Program-made: the position numbers and the translations under genes | Notes under the pieces: model-generated | The model's database searches: none | The model's input: only the letters and a program-made list of their open reading frames with translations | What the model was told of the DNA's origin: nothing | Part shown: positions 18,307 through 27,591 of the stretch, piece after piece | Numbering within the stretch: position 1 is the first letter of the stretch | Layout: each line of letters begins with the position of its first letter | DNA from: a virus | Lineage: Duplodnaviria > Caudoviricetes | Virus record (IMG/VR): IMGVR_UViG_3300032212_000057 | Span: 1 to 39,664 of that record | Reading direction: 5' to 3' (one strand) | Length of the DNA stretch: 39,664 nucleotides

Positions 18307-19374
18307 TTACGCGATTGCAACTACCGCATGTGCATTACGACGATTAGTCGTTAATGCACCTTTCCACGTTAAACCGTAGTACCACTCATACTGGTTATAA
18401 TTGCGTGGTGGTTTACGTGTTTTCATGTCGTGCCCTTCAATCGGACGCAAGCTAAGATGCTTACAGTTAATGAAGTAGCAACGTTTTTCCCAAGGCGTAC
18501 CCGGTGAATAAAGCGTATCGAGCTCTTGGAAAACAGGATCCCAAATAATTGGAATACCATTAAATGAAAGGTTAGTTTCAACACCCTTCATACCCATGCC
18601 ACCATCGACGCCTTTCATATCTTTCGCGCCATAATTAACGGTGCCATAAGTGCTTAACATGAAGTTTTTGTAACCATCAATGAAGTCTGTACCGGCTAAA
18701 ATAAAGTCAGGTACACCACCGTTACGGATACAGGCTTTCCATGCAGCCTCCATCTTCGTTAAGATGTCGCCAGTTGTGGTTGTAGTCGTTAAACCGGTTG
18801 CAGCATGGTTACGCCAGAACACATTTGTTGAGGCATCAATACCACCTACGGTACCGGTAGAGGGTGTTAATGAAATAATTGCATCAAGCCCCACTAAGGC
18901 ATCCGCATCTTGCGTACCATCTAAGTGCAGTGCCTGGTCAAATTTTTCATCAAAACCCAATGACAATGCTTCGGTTTCTTCATCAAACAAGTTGGTAAGT
19001 TGAACCATTTCTGCATCAGTAAAGTTTTTACCTTTTCCATTTTCATCAAGCTGAATACCGTTTTGAATTAAACGATCTTCATCCAATGCATAACCATCAT
19101 GCGCTGAACGATACGGGAATTGCGCACGCTTAACATTGTCACGCTTGTTATAGGTAACTACTTTGGAACCGATATACCATTGGAAGTTTGAGCCATTGCT
19201 TTTACGCAAGCCTTCAGTGATATTTTCTTTACCACCGCCCCACGTTTTTTGTTTGGCTTTGAGTTTTTTCAGAAGTGGCCGTTCAGTATTAACCTGATCG
19301 GTTAGTTTGTTTTTAAGATTGTGGTCAATCGACGTTTCGCCGGCAATCGACAATTCATTCGCTGTAAAAGGCAT
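18307..19374 (-). CDS. Major capsid protein
   Basis: 355 aa, strong RBS (TAAGGAGG), follows scaffold; LVGLDAII, PDFILAG and FNGIPIIWD segments typical of HK97-fold capsids. Confidence 0.9.
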   Translation of the reverse strand: MPFTANELSIAGETSIDHNLKNKLTDQVNTERPLLKKLKAKQKTWGGGKENITEGLRKSNGSNFQWYIGSKVVTYNKRDNVKRAQFPYRSAHDGYALDEDRLIQNGIQLDENGKGKNFTDAEMVQLTNLFDEETEALSLGFDEKFDQALHLDGTQDADALVGLDAIISLTPSTGTVGGIDASTNVFWRNHAATGLTTTTTTGDILTKMEAAWKACIRNGGVPDFILAGTDFIDGYKNFMLSTYGTVNYGAKDMKGVDGGMGMKGVETNLSFNGIPIIWDPVFQELDTLYSPGTPWEKRCYFINCKHLSLRPIEGHDMKTRKPPRNYNQYEWYYGLTWKGALTTNRRNAHAVVAIA

Positions 19375-19418
19375 TTTCGCCTCCTTATCAAGTTTGAGTT
19401 AAACAAAAGTGTTTTTCT

Positions 19419-19491
19419 CAGCACTTGAGGGAGACGAAGCCTCAAAATATTCTGTCCTGTCGGGCGCGAACCGACATTCTGCTTGGTGCTG
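19419..19491 (-). promoter_or_regulatory. Structured RNA leader upstream of the capsid gene (two hairpins inside a closing stem)
   Basis: Minus strand CAGCAC..[TGTCGG-TTCGCGC-CCGACA]..[TTGAGG-CTTCGTCTC-CCTCAA]GTGCTG. Confidence 0.5.
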
Positions 19492-19507
19492 TTACGGGTA
19501 CTGCTGG

Positions 19508-20614
19508 TTATGCGTTATTTAATGCCTGTTTCATTGCATCCAAAGATGTTTTGGGTTCTTGCTTGCCACCGCCACCACCTTGCGGACGTAACGGGGTATT
19601 TCGTTGAGTGTTACCTGGTATTCTTGGTTTTCCCTCAACTTTAATTGCATCGTAATGAAGCTGAAGCACCTCGGCCCATTGTTCGGGTGGATATTTCTTA
19701 CCAATTTCTTCAACTTTTTGAACAATGACAGCTTGCTTAGCAGAAAAATTAATATCATTTTTCTCCCAACCACTTACCATTGTCATCACATCGTTTTGAG
19801 CTTGTTCAACCTGGGCATTAAATTCAGACTGACTTTGCTCACGCGCTCGTGTTTCATTTTCTTGAGTGCGTAGTGTTTCTTCTTGCTTTTTACGCTGCGC
19901 TTCAATTTCACGTGCTTTTACAATTTCAGCGGCAGCAGTTTCAGTAATTTCATGATTATCAATTTGCTCTTGTAAATCTGGATGACTCACAAACAAATCA
20001 ACCCCGGGCACTGGCTTACCAATGGCTTTAGCAAGTTCTGCACGTTGCACATCTAAAACAGCCAAAGCATCTTCAAGCTTGCCTGTTTTAACCAGGTGAG
20101 AATATTCAATTAGCTCATTAAATTCTTCAGGTGTTGCCCCTGAATGCTGAACCAACGAAGTCACATCATCATGATATTTCTGTAACGTTTCTTTTTCGGA
20201 AGTCACAGCTTCAAAGTCATCTTTCAGGGTTTTATACCCCTCCGTTAACTTTTCAAAACGCTCAGCTGTTTTTTCCGAGGTGCCTTCAGGCAAAGGCTTT
20301 AGCAATTCTTCATCAGTCGGCGCTTCAGATTTAGTTTTATTCTCTTTTTCGCCGTCTTCTTTATCTGATTCAGGTTTTACTTCAGCATCACCTTCATCAG
20401 TTTTTACGTCTTGCTTACCGCCTGCCTTATCTTCACTTTCATCACTAGCATTTAGAGCTTCTTTCATTGCTTCAAGTGAAGTTTGGTTTTCTTCTTCCGG
20501 TGACGAGCCGTTTTCACTGTCATTAGTAGTTGGCGACCCTACCTGTTCACTGCCATTACCTGTGTCTGAGGGCGAACCAGACACTTCCAGCCCATCTTCG
20601 TTTTCTAAGTCCAT
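19508..20614 (-). CDS. Scaffolding protein
   Basis: 368 aa; acidic disordered N-terminus and coiled coils; between portal and capsid. Confidence 0.8.
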   Translation of the reverse strand: MDLENEDGLEVSGSPSDTGNGSEQVGSPTTNDSENGSSPEEENQTSLEAMKEALNASDESEDKAGGKQDVKTDEGDAEVKPESDKEDGEKENKTKSEAPTDEELLKPLPEGTSEKTAERFEKLTEGYKTLKDDFEAVTSEKETLQKYHDDVTSLVQHSGATPEEFNELIEYSHLVKTGKLEDALAVLDVQRAELAKAIGKPVPGVDLFVSHPDLQEQIDNHEITETAAAEIVKAREIEAQRKKQEETLRTQENETRAREQSQSEFNAQVEQAQNDVMTMVSGWEKNDINFSAKQAVIVQKVEEIGKKYPPEQWAEVLQLHYDAIKVEGKPRIPGNTQRNTPLRPQGGGGGKQEPKTSLDAMKQALNNA

Positions 20615-20648
20615 GGGGATTACCTTTTTTGCTTGGGGAAAACTTTTA

Positions 20649-20828
20649 TTAAAACCATTTTGTTAAGATATTTTTAAGCTTCCAATATCTTTGACTATCG
20701 CCATTAAACGTATTGAGAGCCATACCGGGCTTATAATATGACTGGTTAAATATTTCTTTTATTTCGCTTTTAATGGTTTGCTTGTTATAGCCTAATAAAT
20801 ATATTGCTAAATCTTTTAGCCACTTCAT
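20649..20828 (-). CDS. Small 59-aa hypothetical protein
   Basis: Hand translation MKWLKDLAIYLLGY...ILTKWF; TAATG coupling to the portal stop. Confidence 0.45.
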   Translation of the reverse strand: MKWLKDLAIYLLGYNKQTIKSEIKEIFNQSYYKPGMALNTFNGDSQRYWKLKNILTKWF

Positions 20829-22783
20829 TAGTTAGCCATTCCAACTGCTGCGAGTTTAATATCTGTGTCAGCTTCGGTATTTTCAGCTTCGGCATTGGTT
20901 CTACGAATATCAGCATCCATTTGGTCAAGTTCTTTTTTAATTTTTTCCATTTGTTCCATCATAGCCATGCGTTTTTGTTCGTCGTTTGCAGGTTCTTCTT
21001 CATCGTCTTGTGGTAAGAACTCTTCAATGTCAATCCGATCATCGAAGCGACGGATGGTTTCACGTGCAACCATAATTAATGAATCTGCAACATCATCTTT
21101 ATTCGCATCACGCAATTCAGCAATAGCCGTAATGAGCTCGCGCAATTGCGGCATAAACTCAACCCATGTTTTTTGTTCCTGAAGTTTATTGGGCTTACCC
21201 GATGAACCCGCCCGGGTTTCAATATTCACCATGTCAAAAATCGTTTCTTTTGCCATTTCAGGCCATTCCGCGTCTTCACCGGCAATACGTTTCACTTGGT
21301 CAATGGTAAGTTCCTGCAACAATATTTCTAATGTGTAAGATCCAATTTCTCTAAACCAGGCTTCTATTTGGTCAGTCATATCATTACTACGTGATGCAAC
21401 TGCATTTTCCATTATTTGCGCTTCGCCTAACGTATCAGACTTGTTAGCAGAGGCATTCGCACTACCGACCAAACCGGACATCATTTCAATATCTTGGCGA
21501 ATGGGTGACGTATCATAATCGGCTGGATTTATACTCAATGATTCTGCTTTTTTAAACACGTCATTTAATGGCAATCCATTTGTATCAATGAGAACTACTT
21601 CACCAACACCGGCCACTACTTTTCGTTGGATTGATTTTTCGTCAGTGTCAATAGCTGCAATGTAATGCGGTACATTGGCTTCACGATGGTCAACATATTT
21701 TTGCCGCGTTTCTTCGTATTCATCTTGAAGTTTTTCAAGCAGCTCAACCAACGACATGGGCAGCTTCTCACCGTCAAGCGGAATAAGCGCCAAATCAAAG
21801 AACGGGAACCAACGCTCACCGGTTATTTCAGGTTGATAAGGTTCGCGACAAAAATCCTCATCGCCCTCACAAATGGTATAAACCGTATTAGTTACGCGAT
21901 CCCAAATTTCCCAAACTCGGTATTGCTGGCCTTTTGTTTCTTTATCGTTTTGTTTTAAATCTTTTGCAGAATAAACGGTAGACTTACTGCCAGCTTCACG
22001 ACCAAACGTTTCTTTAAAACTGTCTTTGGTAAACCAGAACCCTTGCGCCATCCAGCCAGATAGTTCAGAGACTAATTCAAACTCCGGGATGCTTTCATCC
22101 CACAGCATGTCTTCACTTAACACGCGGTCAAGCACAATGCCTTCGGCATGGGTTATTTCAACTTGCTCTTCTAATGCTTTAAGCATGATTTCTAATTCAG
22201 CTTTTTTAGCCTCATAGAACTCTGTTTCTTCTTGTAACTTACATTCACATAATGTTGCTTCAATCTTGCGGATGTTTTCTTGCGTATCATTTATCCGGGT
22301 TACGATAATTGAATCTGTTTCAATATCCCGCTGATAAATAACTTTCAACCAGCCAATTTTGCTGGTTAATGATGCGCGTACACTGGCCTTGCCACGTTTT
22401 TTTAATTTCGCATCAACAAGCTGTCTATTAACAACAATCTCAGCGGTTTGGCCGAACCGTTTCCATAACGCATATTGTTTTTGATTTACGGCTTTACTCG
22501 GACGTATAGATAACTCAGGATTTTGTGCGTACACACGCGCTAACTGTGAGCGCATTGTAGAAAAAATAAGATTTGTTCTTACTTTCTCATCACCATCCAA
22601 CTTGCCTTCTTTTATACCCGCAACTCTTCGCCGATTTGTTTTAATGCTTTTATGATATTTAACAATATGTTCAGCATCTTTCGAGCTTTTAATTTTTTCT
22701 TGCCACGAAGAAACTAAGGCACGCATTTCCTTTTGCGCTTGATCTTCTTCAGGTGTTTGCGTGCCTTGTTCTTCTTTTGTCAT
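20828..22783 (-). CDS. Portal protein
   Basis: 651 aa after TerL; NLIFS, VWEIWD and QDIEMMSG motifs of P22-type portals. Confidence 0.85.
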   Translation of the reverse strand: MTKEEQGTQTPEEDQAQKEMRALVSSWQEKIKSSKDAEHIVKYHKSIKTNRRRVAGIKEGKLDGDEKVRTNLIFSTMRSQLARVYAQNPELSIRPSKAVNQKQYALWKRFGQTAEIVVNRQLVDAKLKKRGKASVRASLTSKIGWLKVIYQRDIETDSIIVTRINDTQENIRKIEATLCECKLQEETEFYEAKKAELEIMLKALEEQVEITHAEGIVLDRVLSEDMLWDESIPEFELVSELSGWMAQGFWFTKDSFKETFGREAGSKSTVYSAKDLKQNDKETKGQQYRVWEIWDRVTNTVYTICEGDEDFCREPYQPEITGERWFPFFDLALIPLDGEKLPMSLVELLEKLQDEYEETRQKYVDHREANVPHYIAAIDTDEKSIQRKVVAGVGEVVLIDTNGLPLNDVFKKAESLSINPADYDTSPIRQDIEMMSGLVGSANASANKSDTLGEAQIMENAVASRSNDMTDQIEAWFREIGSYTLEILLQELTIDQVKRIAGEDAEWPEMAKETIFDMVNIETRAGSSGKPNKLQEQKTWVEFMPQLRELITAIAELRDANKDDVADSLIMVARETIRRFDDRIDIEEFLPQDDEEEPANDEQKRMAMMEQMEKIKKELDQMDADIRRTNAEAENTEADTDIKLAAVGMAN

Positions 22784-22797
22784 TTTTTAATGATTAC

Positions 22798-23094
22798 TTA
22801 AGCTTCAATTTCGCAATCACCGGTACCAGCTGTACCACCACTGACATCTATGCGATAAAAATCAGCTAATGAAGCAAGTGAAAAACGATCTGTTCCGCTC
22901 GATAATGTCACACCACTAACATCTGTGTATGTCACACCATCGCTACTTTCTTGAAGCTTAACTACACGATCACCTGAACTTTTTAAAACGGCCACACCTG
23001 CATGACGCGCCATAAACGGCGTTTCATTCATTGCAACACCTGCTGACTGCCCTACTGCTTGCGCAGCTGCAATCACTTTACGTTGTAGACTCAT
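22798..23094 (-). CDS. Small beta-rich putative decoration/cement protein
   Basis: 98 aa; VKLQESSDGVTYTDV motif; RBS GGAG. Confidence 0.55.
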   Translation of the reverse strand: MSLQRKVIAAAQAVGQSAGVAMNETPFMARHAGVAVLKSSGDRVVKLQESSDGVTYTDVSGVTLSSGTDRFSLASLADFYRIDVSGGTAGTGDCEIEA

Positions 23095-23142
23095 GGTCTT
23101 ATCTCCTGTTTATTTACCGGTAAAACATTTAATTAATTTTGC

Positions 23143-24582
23143 TTATTCAATGTCGCGGGTAACTTTTTTAGCAGTTACTTGCTCCAACCAGGCAAAGGTG
23201 CCTTTAGCTGGCCCCTCATCCTTCGCTTCGACGTTCAAGACTTTATGCCGTGAACGTAACGAATACATTGTTTCATCCCATGCGTGGTCTTCCATTTCAG
23301 TATCCACGTCTTCCCAATTGCTTGAGTTGGGCATAAGTACTGGAACCGTTCTTAACCAGTGTGTGCATGTATCAAAAACAAAGAACTTATTTTCAGTAAG
23401 CGCATCAATAATTAACTGTGCACCAATAATGCGCGAACCGGAGCCTTTCTTGGATTTAATCCAGCGCACTTTTTGTTTTTTAAACAAATCGTTAATGCTT
23501 TGCTCATTCCCAACATCAGACCACATTGCTGAATCTGCCGGGTTTTTTAAGAATCGAATACCTGCTTTGCGCTCTGCGGCTTCAGTTTTATAAATAGCTT
23601 TAGCAACAGTTGTTGCGTTTTCGTGTGTACCGGTATTAGGTTTGCCACCATAGCCGTATAGTTCACGGTAACGATAAATTTCCCCTTCTGGACTCATGCA
23701 ATACCAGCCGACTGAGTACGGTTTAGCTGAACCCCAATCCATAGCCCTCCAGCGAGGCCAATCACCTGGAATCTTAAACGGTGTAACCTTATGAATTTTG
23801 CTGTCCCAGATACCTTGCAGGAACCCACCGACAACGATATCCCAATCACCATGTCGCCATGCTTTCTTCAGTTCCGGGTTTTTAATGCCTTCGAGTTGCT
23901 TAACGTATTCAGGGTCGTTTTCAAAAATAGACGGGTTATCGTCAAGACTGACATTAATACGAACACGCTGATTGCCTTGCTCATCTTCAACAACCGTTCC
24001 TTCAGGTCCGATATCAATAAAACGTTCTTTAACCCAGCCATGGCCAGCGCCAAACGGATTTCCGGTTGATATATAAAACTTAGGTACGCCAGGTACTGAA
24101 CAGCGGCTACATGACTTCATTACTTCGTAGCATTCGTCAGTTGGCCAGTTAGTTAACTCTTCCCAACCAATGAACGGTAATTCGTGACCGTGAAAAGACC
24201 AATAAGCATCCACATCTTTCATAACGCGGAATAACAGTTCCTCGCCATCTGGAAACACCCACTTATAATCACCCTTGGATGCTAACCAACGAGCACCAGG
24301 GAATAACTGTGGTATCCAGCGTTTTGATTTTTTAATAATGTCATCAAGATGTTTATATTCTCGACGAAAAATAACACCGGTCCATGCAGCACCAAAACCT
24401 AAACCGACATACCGTAAGTACTTCATCAGTAACGTGTCGGTTTTACCCCCACCACGATTACCTTCAGCAAATATTTCTTTTATTGGACAGGTTAAGAATT
24501 TAGTTTGACCGCCCGGATAAGGCTGCCAAACAATCTTTAACTGTTGCTCTGTGCTGTCTGGGGAAAGTGCTGCGCTTGCCAT
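23143..24582 (-). CDS. terL: Terminase large subunit
   Basis: Walker A GNRGGGKT, Walker B FIGWEE, coupling motif TGNP, nuclease AMDWG and EDHAWDE. Confidence 0.95.
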   Translation of the reverse strand: MASAALSPDSTEQQLKIVWQPYPGGQTKFLTCPIKEIFAEGNRGGGKTDTLLMKYLRYVGLGFGAAWTGVIFRREYKHLDDIIKKSKRWIPQLFPGARWLASKGDYKWVFPDGEELLFRVMKDVDAYWSFHGHELPFIGWEELTNWPTDECYEVMKSCSRCSVPGVPKFYISTGNPFGAGHGWVKERFIDIGPEGTVVEDEQGNQRVRINVSLDDNPSIFENDPEYVKQLEGIKNPELKKAWRHGDWDIVVGGFLQGIWDSKIHKVTPFKIPGDWPRWRAMDWGSAKPYSVGWYCMSPEGEIYRYRELYGYGGKPNTGTHENATTVAKAIYKTEAAERKAGIRFLKNPADSAMWSDVGNEQSINDLFKKQKVRWIKSKKGSGSRIIGAQLIIDALTENKFFVFDTCTHWLRTVPVLMPNSSNWEDVDTEMEDHAWDETMYSLRSRHKVLNVEAKDEGPAKGTFAWLEQVTAKKVTRDIE

Positions 24583-25142
24583 TCGGCTGCATCCACATCA
24601 GTTGGCACCAGCAATACTCCCCCGATATTGCCAGTATGCTCAACTTCTTGTTTGAGCATGCCTTTATATTTCATTAATAATTCAAGTGATGATTTTTTAT
24701 CGCTATATTTAATTTTGTTGGTGTAACCAACGGCTTCACGTTCATTACCCTTACCTTCGTATTCAACATAAATATCCATGCCAGCTAAAACACGTCTTGC
24801 ATGTTCTGGCATAGACCGAATATGTAATAACCTGCCATCTTCGTCATAAAAGTCAGCTGGGTCTAAAAATGCAGTACAAGCAATTTCTTGAACAATACGC
24901 TCTTCTGAAATATCGAACTTATCCATCGTCATTTCAGCTTTTGTTTTTAAATATTCAGCAACATGCTTATCTTTCAATAATCGTGGGCCATTGGCTTCAG
25001 CACTTTTTGCCTTGGCATCGAAGGCAATCATGTAACAACGTTTGGCATTATCTCTGATAGCCGGATCATCAGATGCGCGAAACAAATCAGCAAAAACTTG
25101 CTGTTTTTGTGTTAATCCGTTTATGTTTCGCGCTGATGCCAT
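24537..25142 (-). CDS. terS: Terminase small subunit
   Basis: LTQKQQVFA...NAKRCY..A...GPRLL HTH; DKKSSLELL.KY.GM; EVEHTG; overlaps the terL start. Confidence 0.9.
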   Translation of the reverse strand: MASARNINGLTQKQQVFADLFRASDDPAIRDNAKRCYMIAFDAKAKSAEANGPRLLKDKHVAEYLKTKAEMTMDKFDISEERIVQEIACTAFLDPADFYDEDGRLLHIRSMPEHARRVLAGMDIYVEYEGKGNEREAVGYTNKIKYSDKKSSLELLMKYKGMLKQEVEHTGNIGGVLLVPTDVDAAEWQAQHFPQTAQSNS

Positions 25143-25166
25143 GATTCTTGGGGAACCTCATATAAA

Positions 25167-25421
25167 TTAATTACCTGGATGATTGCCGTTCTTAAGTGCC
25201 TCAATAACCAACATGCCGATCCATGCCAGCACTACAACAAGAGTGCTTGCTATTGTTCCAACAAATGACAATTTAGCTTTTTGCCAGAATTCAACACGTT
25301 TACGCTCGCGCTCTTTTAACATAGCAATAAACTCATGATCGTCAGAATGAAGCTCTTGGCTTATATTCCTGTGGTCATTTAAAACCTCGTTCATCGCTTT
25401 TTTTATCGCTGCGGTATCCAT
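25167..25421 (-). CDS. Single-TM protein, possible holin/antiholin; first late gene
   Basis: 84 aa with a C-terminal TM; first ORF after the late promoter and terminators. Confidence 0.5.
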   Translation of the reverse strand: MDTAAIKKAMNEVLNDHRNISQELHSDDHEFIAMLKERERKRVEFWQKAKLSFVGTIASTLVVVLAWIGMLVIEALKNGNHPGN

Positions 25422-25438
25422 GCGTATCCTTGTGGCAT

Positions 25439-25461
25439 AAAAAAGCCCTCACAAGGAGGGC
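25439..25461 (-). terminator. Late-leader terminator 2
   Basis: Minus strand GCCCTC-CTTGT-GAGGGC-TTTTTT. Confidence 0.75.
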
Positions 25462-25491
25462 AAACGAATTGGAGTCATAAACGGGGAGCAT

Positions 25492-25527
25492 AAAAAATGC
25501 CCCGTAACTTTTGCTAAGGGGCATTTT
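25492..25527 (-). terminator. Late-leader terminator 1 (tR'-like)
   Basis: Minus strand AAAATGCCCC-N14-GGGGCATTTTTT. Confidence 0.7.
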
Positions 25528-25531
25528 CTGC

Positions 25532-25571
25532 ACTATAGTGATAAGCTACTTCCTCAGTCCTGCTTTGTCAA
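25532..25571 (-). promoter_or_regulatory. Late promoter (pR'-like) with a -10-like pause element
   Basis: TTGACA-17 nt-TAGCTT, then TATAGT near +1..+6; followed by two terminators; Q-like gene upstream. Confidence 0.65.
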
Positions 25572-25637
25572 CAAAGTTTTGAAAAAACTTTTAAGGAGAC
25601 TATATTGTGCGTATAGTCCGATTATTGGAGGGAAACA

Positions 25638-26015
25638 ATGAAAAAACTGATTTTAGGAATAATCGCTGCATTTACCTTGGTTTCTTGTGCAACAACAGAG
25701 AAATATGAAAAAGTGCTTAACACTTGGATTGGTGCCACTGAGCTTGATTTGGTAAGAAAATGGGGTGCTCCTCAAAAGACTTACGAAGTAAGCAACAAAA
25801 AGTTCATTGTTTACCATAATTCAAGAACCGCCTACATACCAGGTCAACAACCATCCTACGTTACCCAAAGAGATTTTTTAGGGAATTACACAACAACTTC
25901 AACAGGTGGCTATGGCGGCTATAATGTTACGTACACCTGCACAACAACTTTTGAGTTTGACAAAGGAAAAGTTTCATCTTGGAGTTGGGAAGGCAACGCC
26001 TGTAAAGCTAAATAA
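25638..26015 (+). CDS. Lipoprotein moron (possible superinfection exclusion)
   Basis: Signal peptide with lipobox LVSC, RBS GGAGG; opposite strand to both flanking operons. Confidence 0.75.
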   Translation: MKKLILGIIAAFTLVSCATTEKYEKVLNTWIGATELDLVRKWGAPQKTYEVSNKKFIVYHNSRTAYIPGQQPSYVTQRDFLGNYTTTSTGGYGGYNVTYTCTTTFEFDKGKVSSWSWEGNACKAK

Positions 26016-26143
26016 ATTATATTTAAAACTGATCTACATCAATTATTAATACATCACACGTATCATTCTCGTTACCAACATTAAATGACACCAGGTTTTA
26101 GCATAAAGGTTTTTGTTTAGCTCTTGATATTCATCGTTTCCGA

Positions 26144-26305
26144 TTAACAGTATTTCACCTTTTTGATCATACTCATATAGTCTCGCCATGCGAACGTTTC
26201 AGCTTCAGTTAAAAAAACTATTGAATACGGTAGAAAAGGTCCTGTCATTTTTGATATAACAGATTTCATATCGTCTTCAGTATATTTGCGTTTAACAATA
26301 CCCAT
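26144..26305 (-). CDS. Small 53-aa hypothetical protein
   Basis: Hand translation MGIVKRKY...; TGATG coupling with the Q-like stop. Confidence 0.45.
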   Translation of the reverse strand: MGIVKRKYTEDDMKSVISKMTGPFLPYSIVFLTEAETFAWRDYMSMIKKVKYC

Positions 26306-26823
26306 CACACCACCCTCCGAAACTCTGCTTCCATCCAGACTTCTTCATTCGCCGCAATAGAGCGTGTTATTTCGTTAGCATCTTTAAAGAGCCGCTTTGC
26401 CCGAACTTTAATGTAACGATATGCCCGGTTAGTCCACTCATTAAATTCATCAAACAAAACTTTATAGCGCCCCGCCCACGTTGAAAACCATGCCGACTTA
26501 CTTACCCCAATAAAAGCTGCTCGCAGTTCCCAGGCATTGGGGGTGTTAAATCGTCCTGGTGCATGCATTTCACAAATAGCAAGATGGCCTAATTGTCTTA
26601 GCATAGCTTTACCTGCATCACCTTTCTTTGTTTTCCAGTTATATTTGATTTTCATTTTTACCGCAATATTCCACAGCTTATAATCAAGCGAGCTTAGTAT
26701 TGATTCACTTAAATCACGATTAAACTTTAAACAACCTGCTTGATGCCAATGTTCTGGCATACCAGCCATTAATAAACCTGATATTTCAGGTCTGTCAATT
26801 GCAAAAACACGTTCAGGAAGCAT
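26305..26823 (-). CDS. Late-gene antiterminator Q-like protein
   Basis: 172 aa from MLPERV (RBS GGGGTGG); C-terminal RAAFIGVSKSAW...W..RY HTH; position before the late promoter. Confidence 0.65.
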   Translation of the reverse strand: MLPERVFAIDRPEISGLLMAGMPEHWHQAGCLKFNRDLSESILSSLDYKLWNIAVKMKIKYNWKTKKGDAGKAMLRQLGHLAICEMHAPGRFNTPNAWELRAAFIGVSKSAWFSTWAGRYKVLFDEFNEWTNRAYRYIKVRAKRLFKDANEITRSIAANEEVWMEAEFRRVV

Positions 26824-26992
26824 TTGCCACCCCCTTTCGTTTAAATTCAGTAGTAGCATAACCTGAATAACTTGTTGCCCTAGAGATTTCATACCCAATA
26901 TCTTTAAGCGCATTTTCAACATCAGGCTTAATCTCTCCCTCAGTAAGTACAGTAATAAAATGTGAATTAGATGCTGTTTTTTCATTTTTCAT
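26813..26992 (-). CDS. Small 59-aa hypothetical protein
   Basis: Hand translation MKNEKTASNSHF...KRKGVANAS; overlaps both neighbours in typical coupled fashion. Confidence 0.5.
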   Translation of the reverse strand: MKNEKTASNSHFITVLTEGEIKPDVENALKDIGYEISRATSYSGYATTEFKRKGVANAS

Positions 26993-27173
26993 TTAATTTA
27001 AACCCCCGCTTTTTATTTTTGCGGCAATATGGAAACTTTAAGCCAGTACGACACACACGAGCACCATCATTAAACTTTAAGACTCGCATACATATATCGC
27101 AGCCTTTTTCCCTAATTTCCATTCCAAGTACTTCACGCTCAACCTGAGTAAGCTGTACAGCTGTGTTACTCAC
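26982..27173 (-). CDS. Small Cys-containing hypothetical protein
   Basis: 63 aa; CDIC...C...C. Confidence 0.55.
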   Translation of the reverse strand: MSNTAVQLTQVEREVLGMEIREKGCDICMRVLKFNDGARVCRTGLKFPYCRKNKKRGFKLNEK

Positions 27174-27553
27174 TATGCTGCAAGCCCATCGTTAATTTCT
27201 TGCGCTTCGTTAATCACGCTATCCAATAGCATTTCCTTTTTATCACGTTCCTCCGTATTGGTAGCATGTTCTTCAGCTAGCATAATTCTGACATCTAAAT
27301 CTAAGTTTGGGTTGTCTACATATCCAGTGTCGTTGTTTTCCGTATCACAAACCTTAATTAGCACTTGACCAAGATAAACATAAGTAACCAACACAAAACC
27401 AACCGGTAATTGATAAGAAGCTTTTATAATTGCCTCATTCACCCGGTCACTACTCATTCCAAGTAATCCTGCAACCAACATTCCAACCGCTGCACCAAAT
27501 ACCAAACCAAAACAAATACCACTAACAAAACCAAACTGACTAAAGTATTCCAT
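27173..27553 (-). CDS. Hypothetical protein with N-terminal TM
   Basis: 126 aa; Gly-rich hydrophobic N-terminus; RBS GAGGG. Confidence 0.6.
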   Translation of the reverse strand: MEYFSQFGFVSGICFGLVFGAAVGMLVAGLLGMSSDRVNEAIIKASYQLPVGFVLVTYVYLGQVLIKVCDTENNDTGYVDNPNLDLDVRIMLAEEHATNTEERDKKEMLLDSVINEAQEINDGLAA

Positions 27554-27574
27554 TTTCTCAACCCTCTTAGTTTA

Positions 27575-27590
27575 TGTTCCATGTGGAACG
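27575..27590. promoter_or_regulatory. parS-like palindrome
   Basis: TGTTCCATGTGGAACG versus the bacterial parS consensus TGTT(T/C)CACGTG(A/G)AACA; intergenic. Confidence 0.55.
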
Positions 27591-27591
27591 T

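Noticed and set aside
4079-24726. Numerous plus-strand ORFs of 60-190 aa across the late operon
   Set aside because: All are antisense to long, motif-bearing structural genes and have shadow-like Ser/Leu/Phe-rich composition
26824-26985. N-terminal extension of the 226-aa ORF
   Set aside because: Another frame (26992-26813) gives a coupled 59-aa gene, and an RBS precedes ATG 26823
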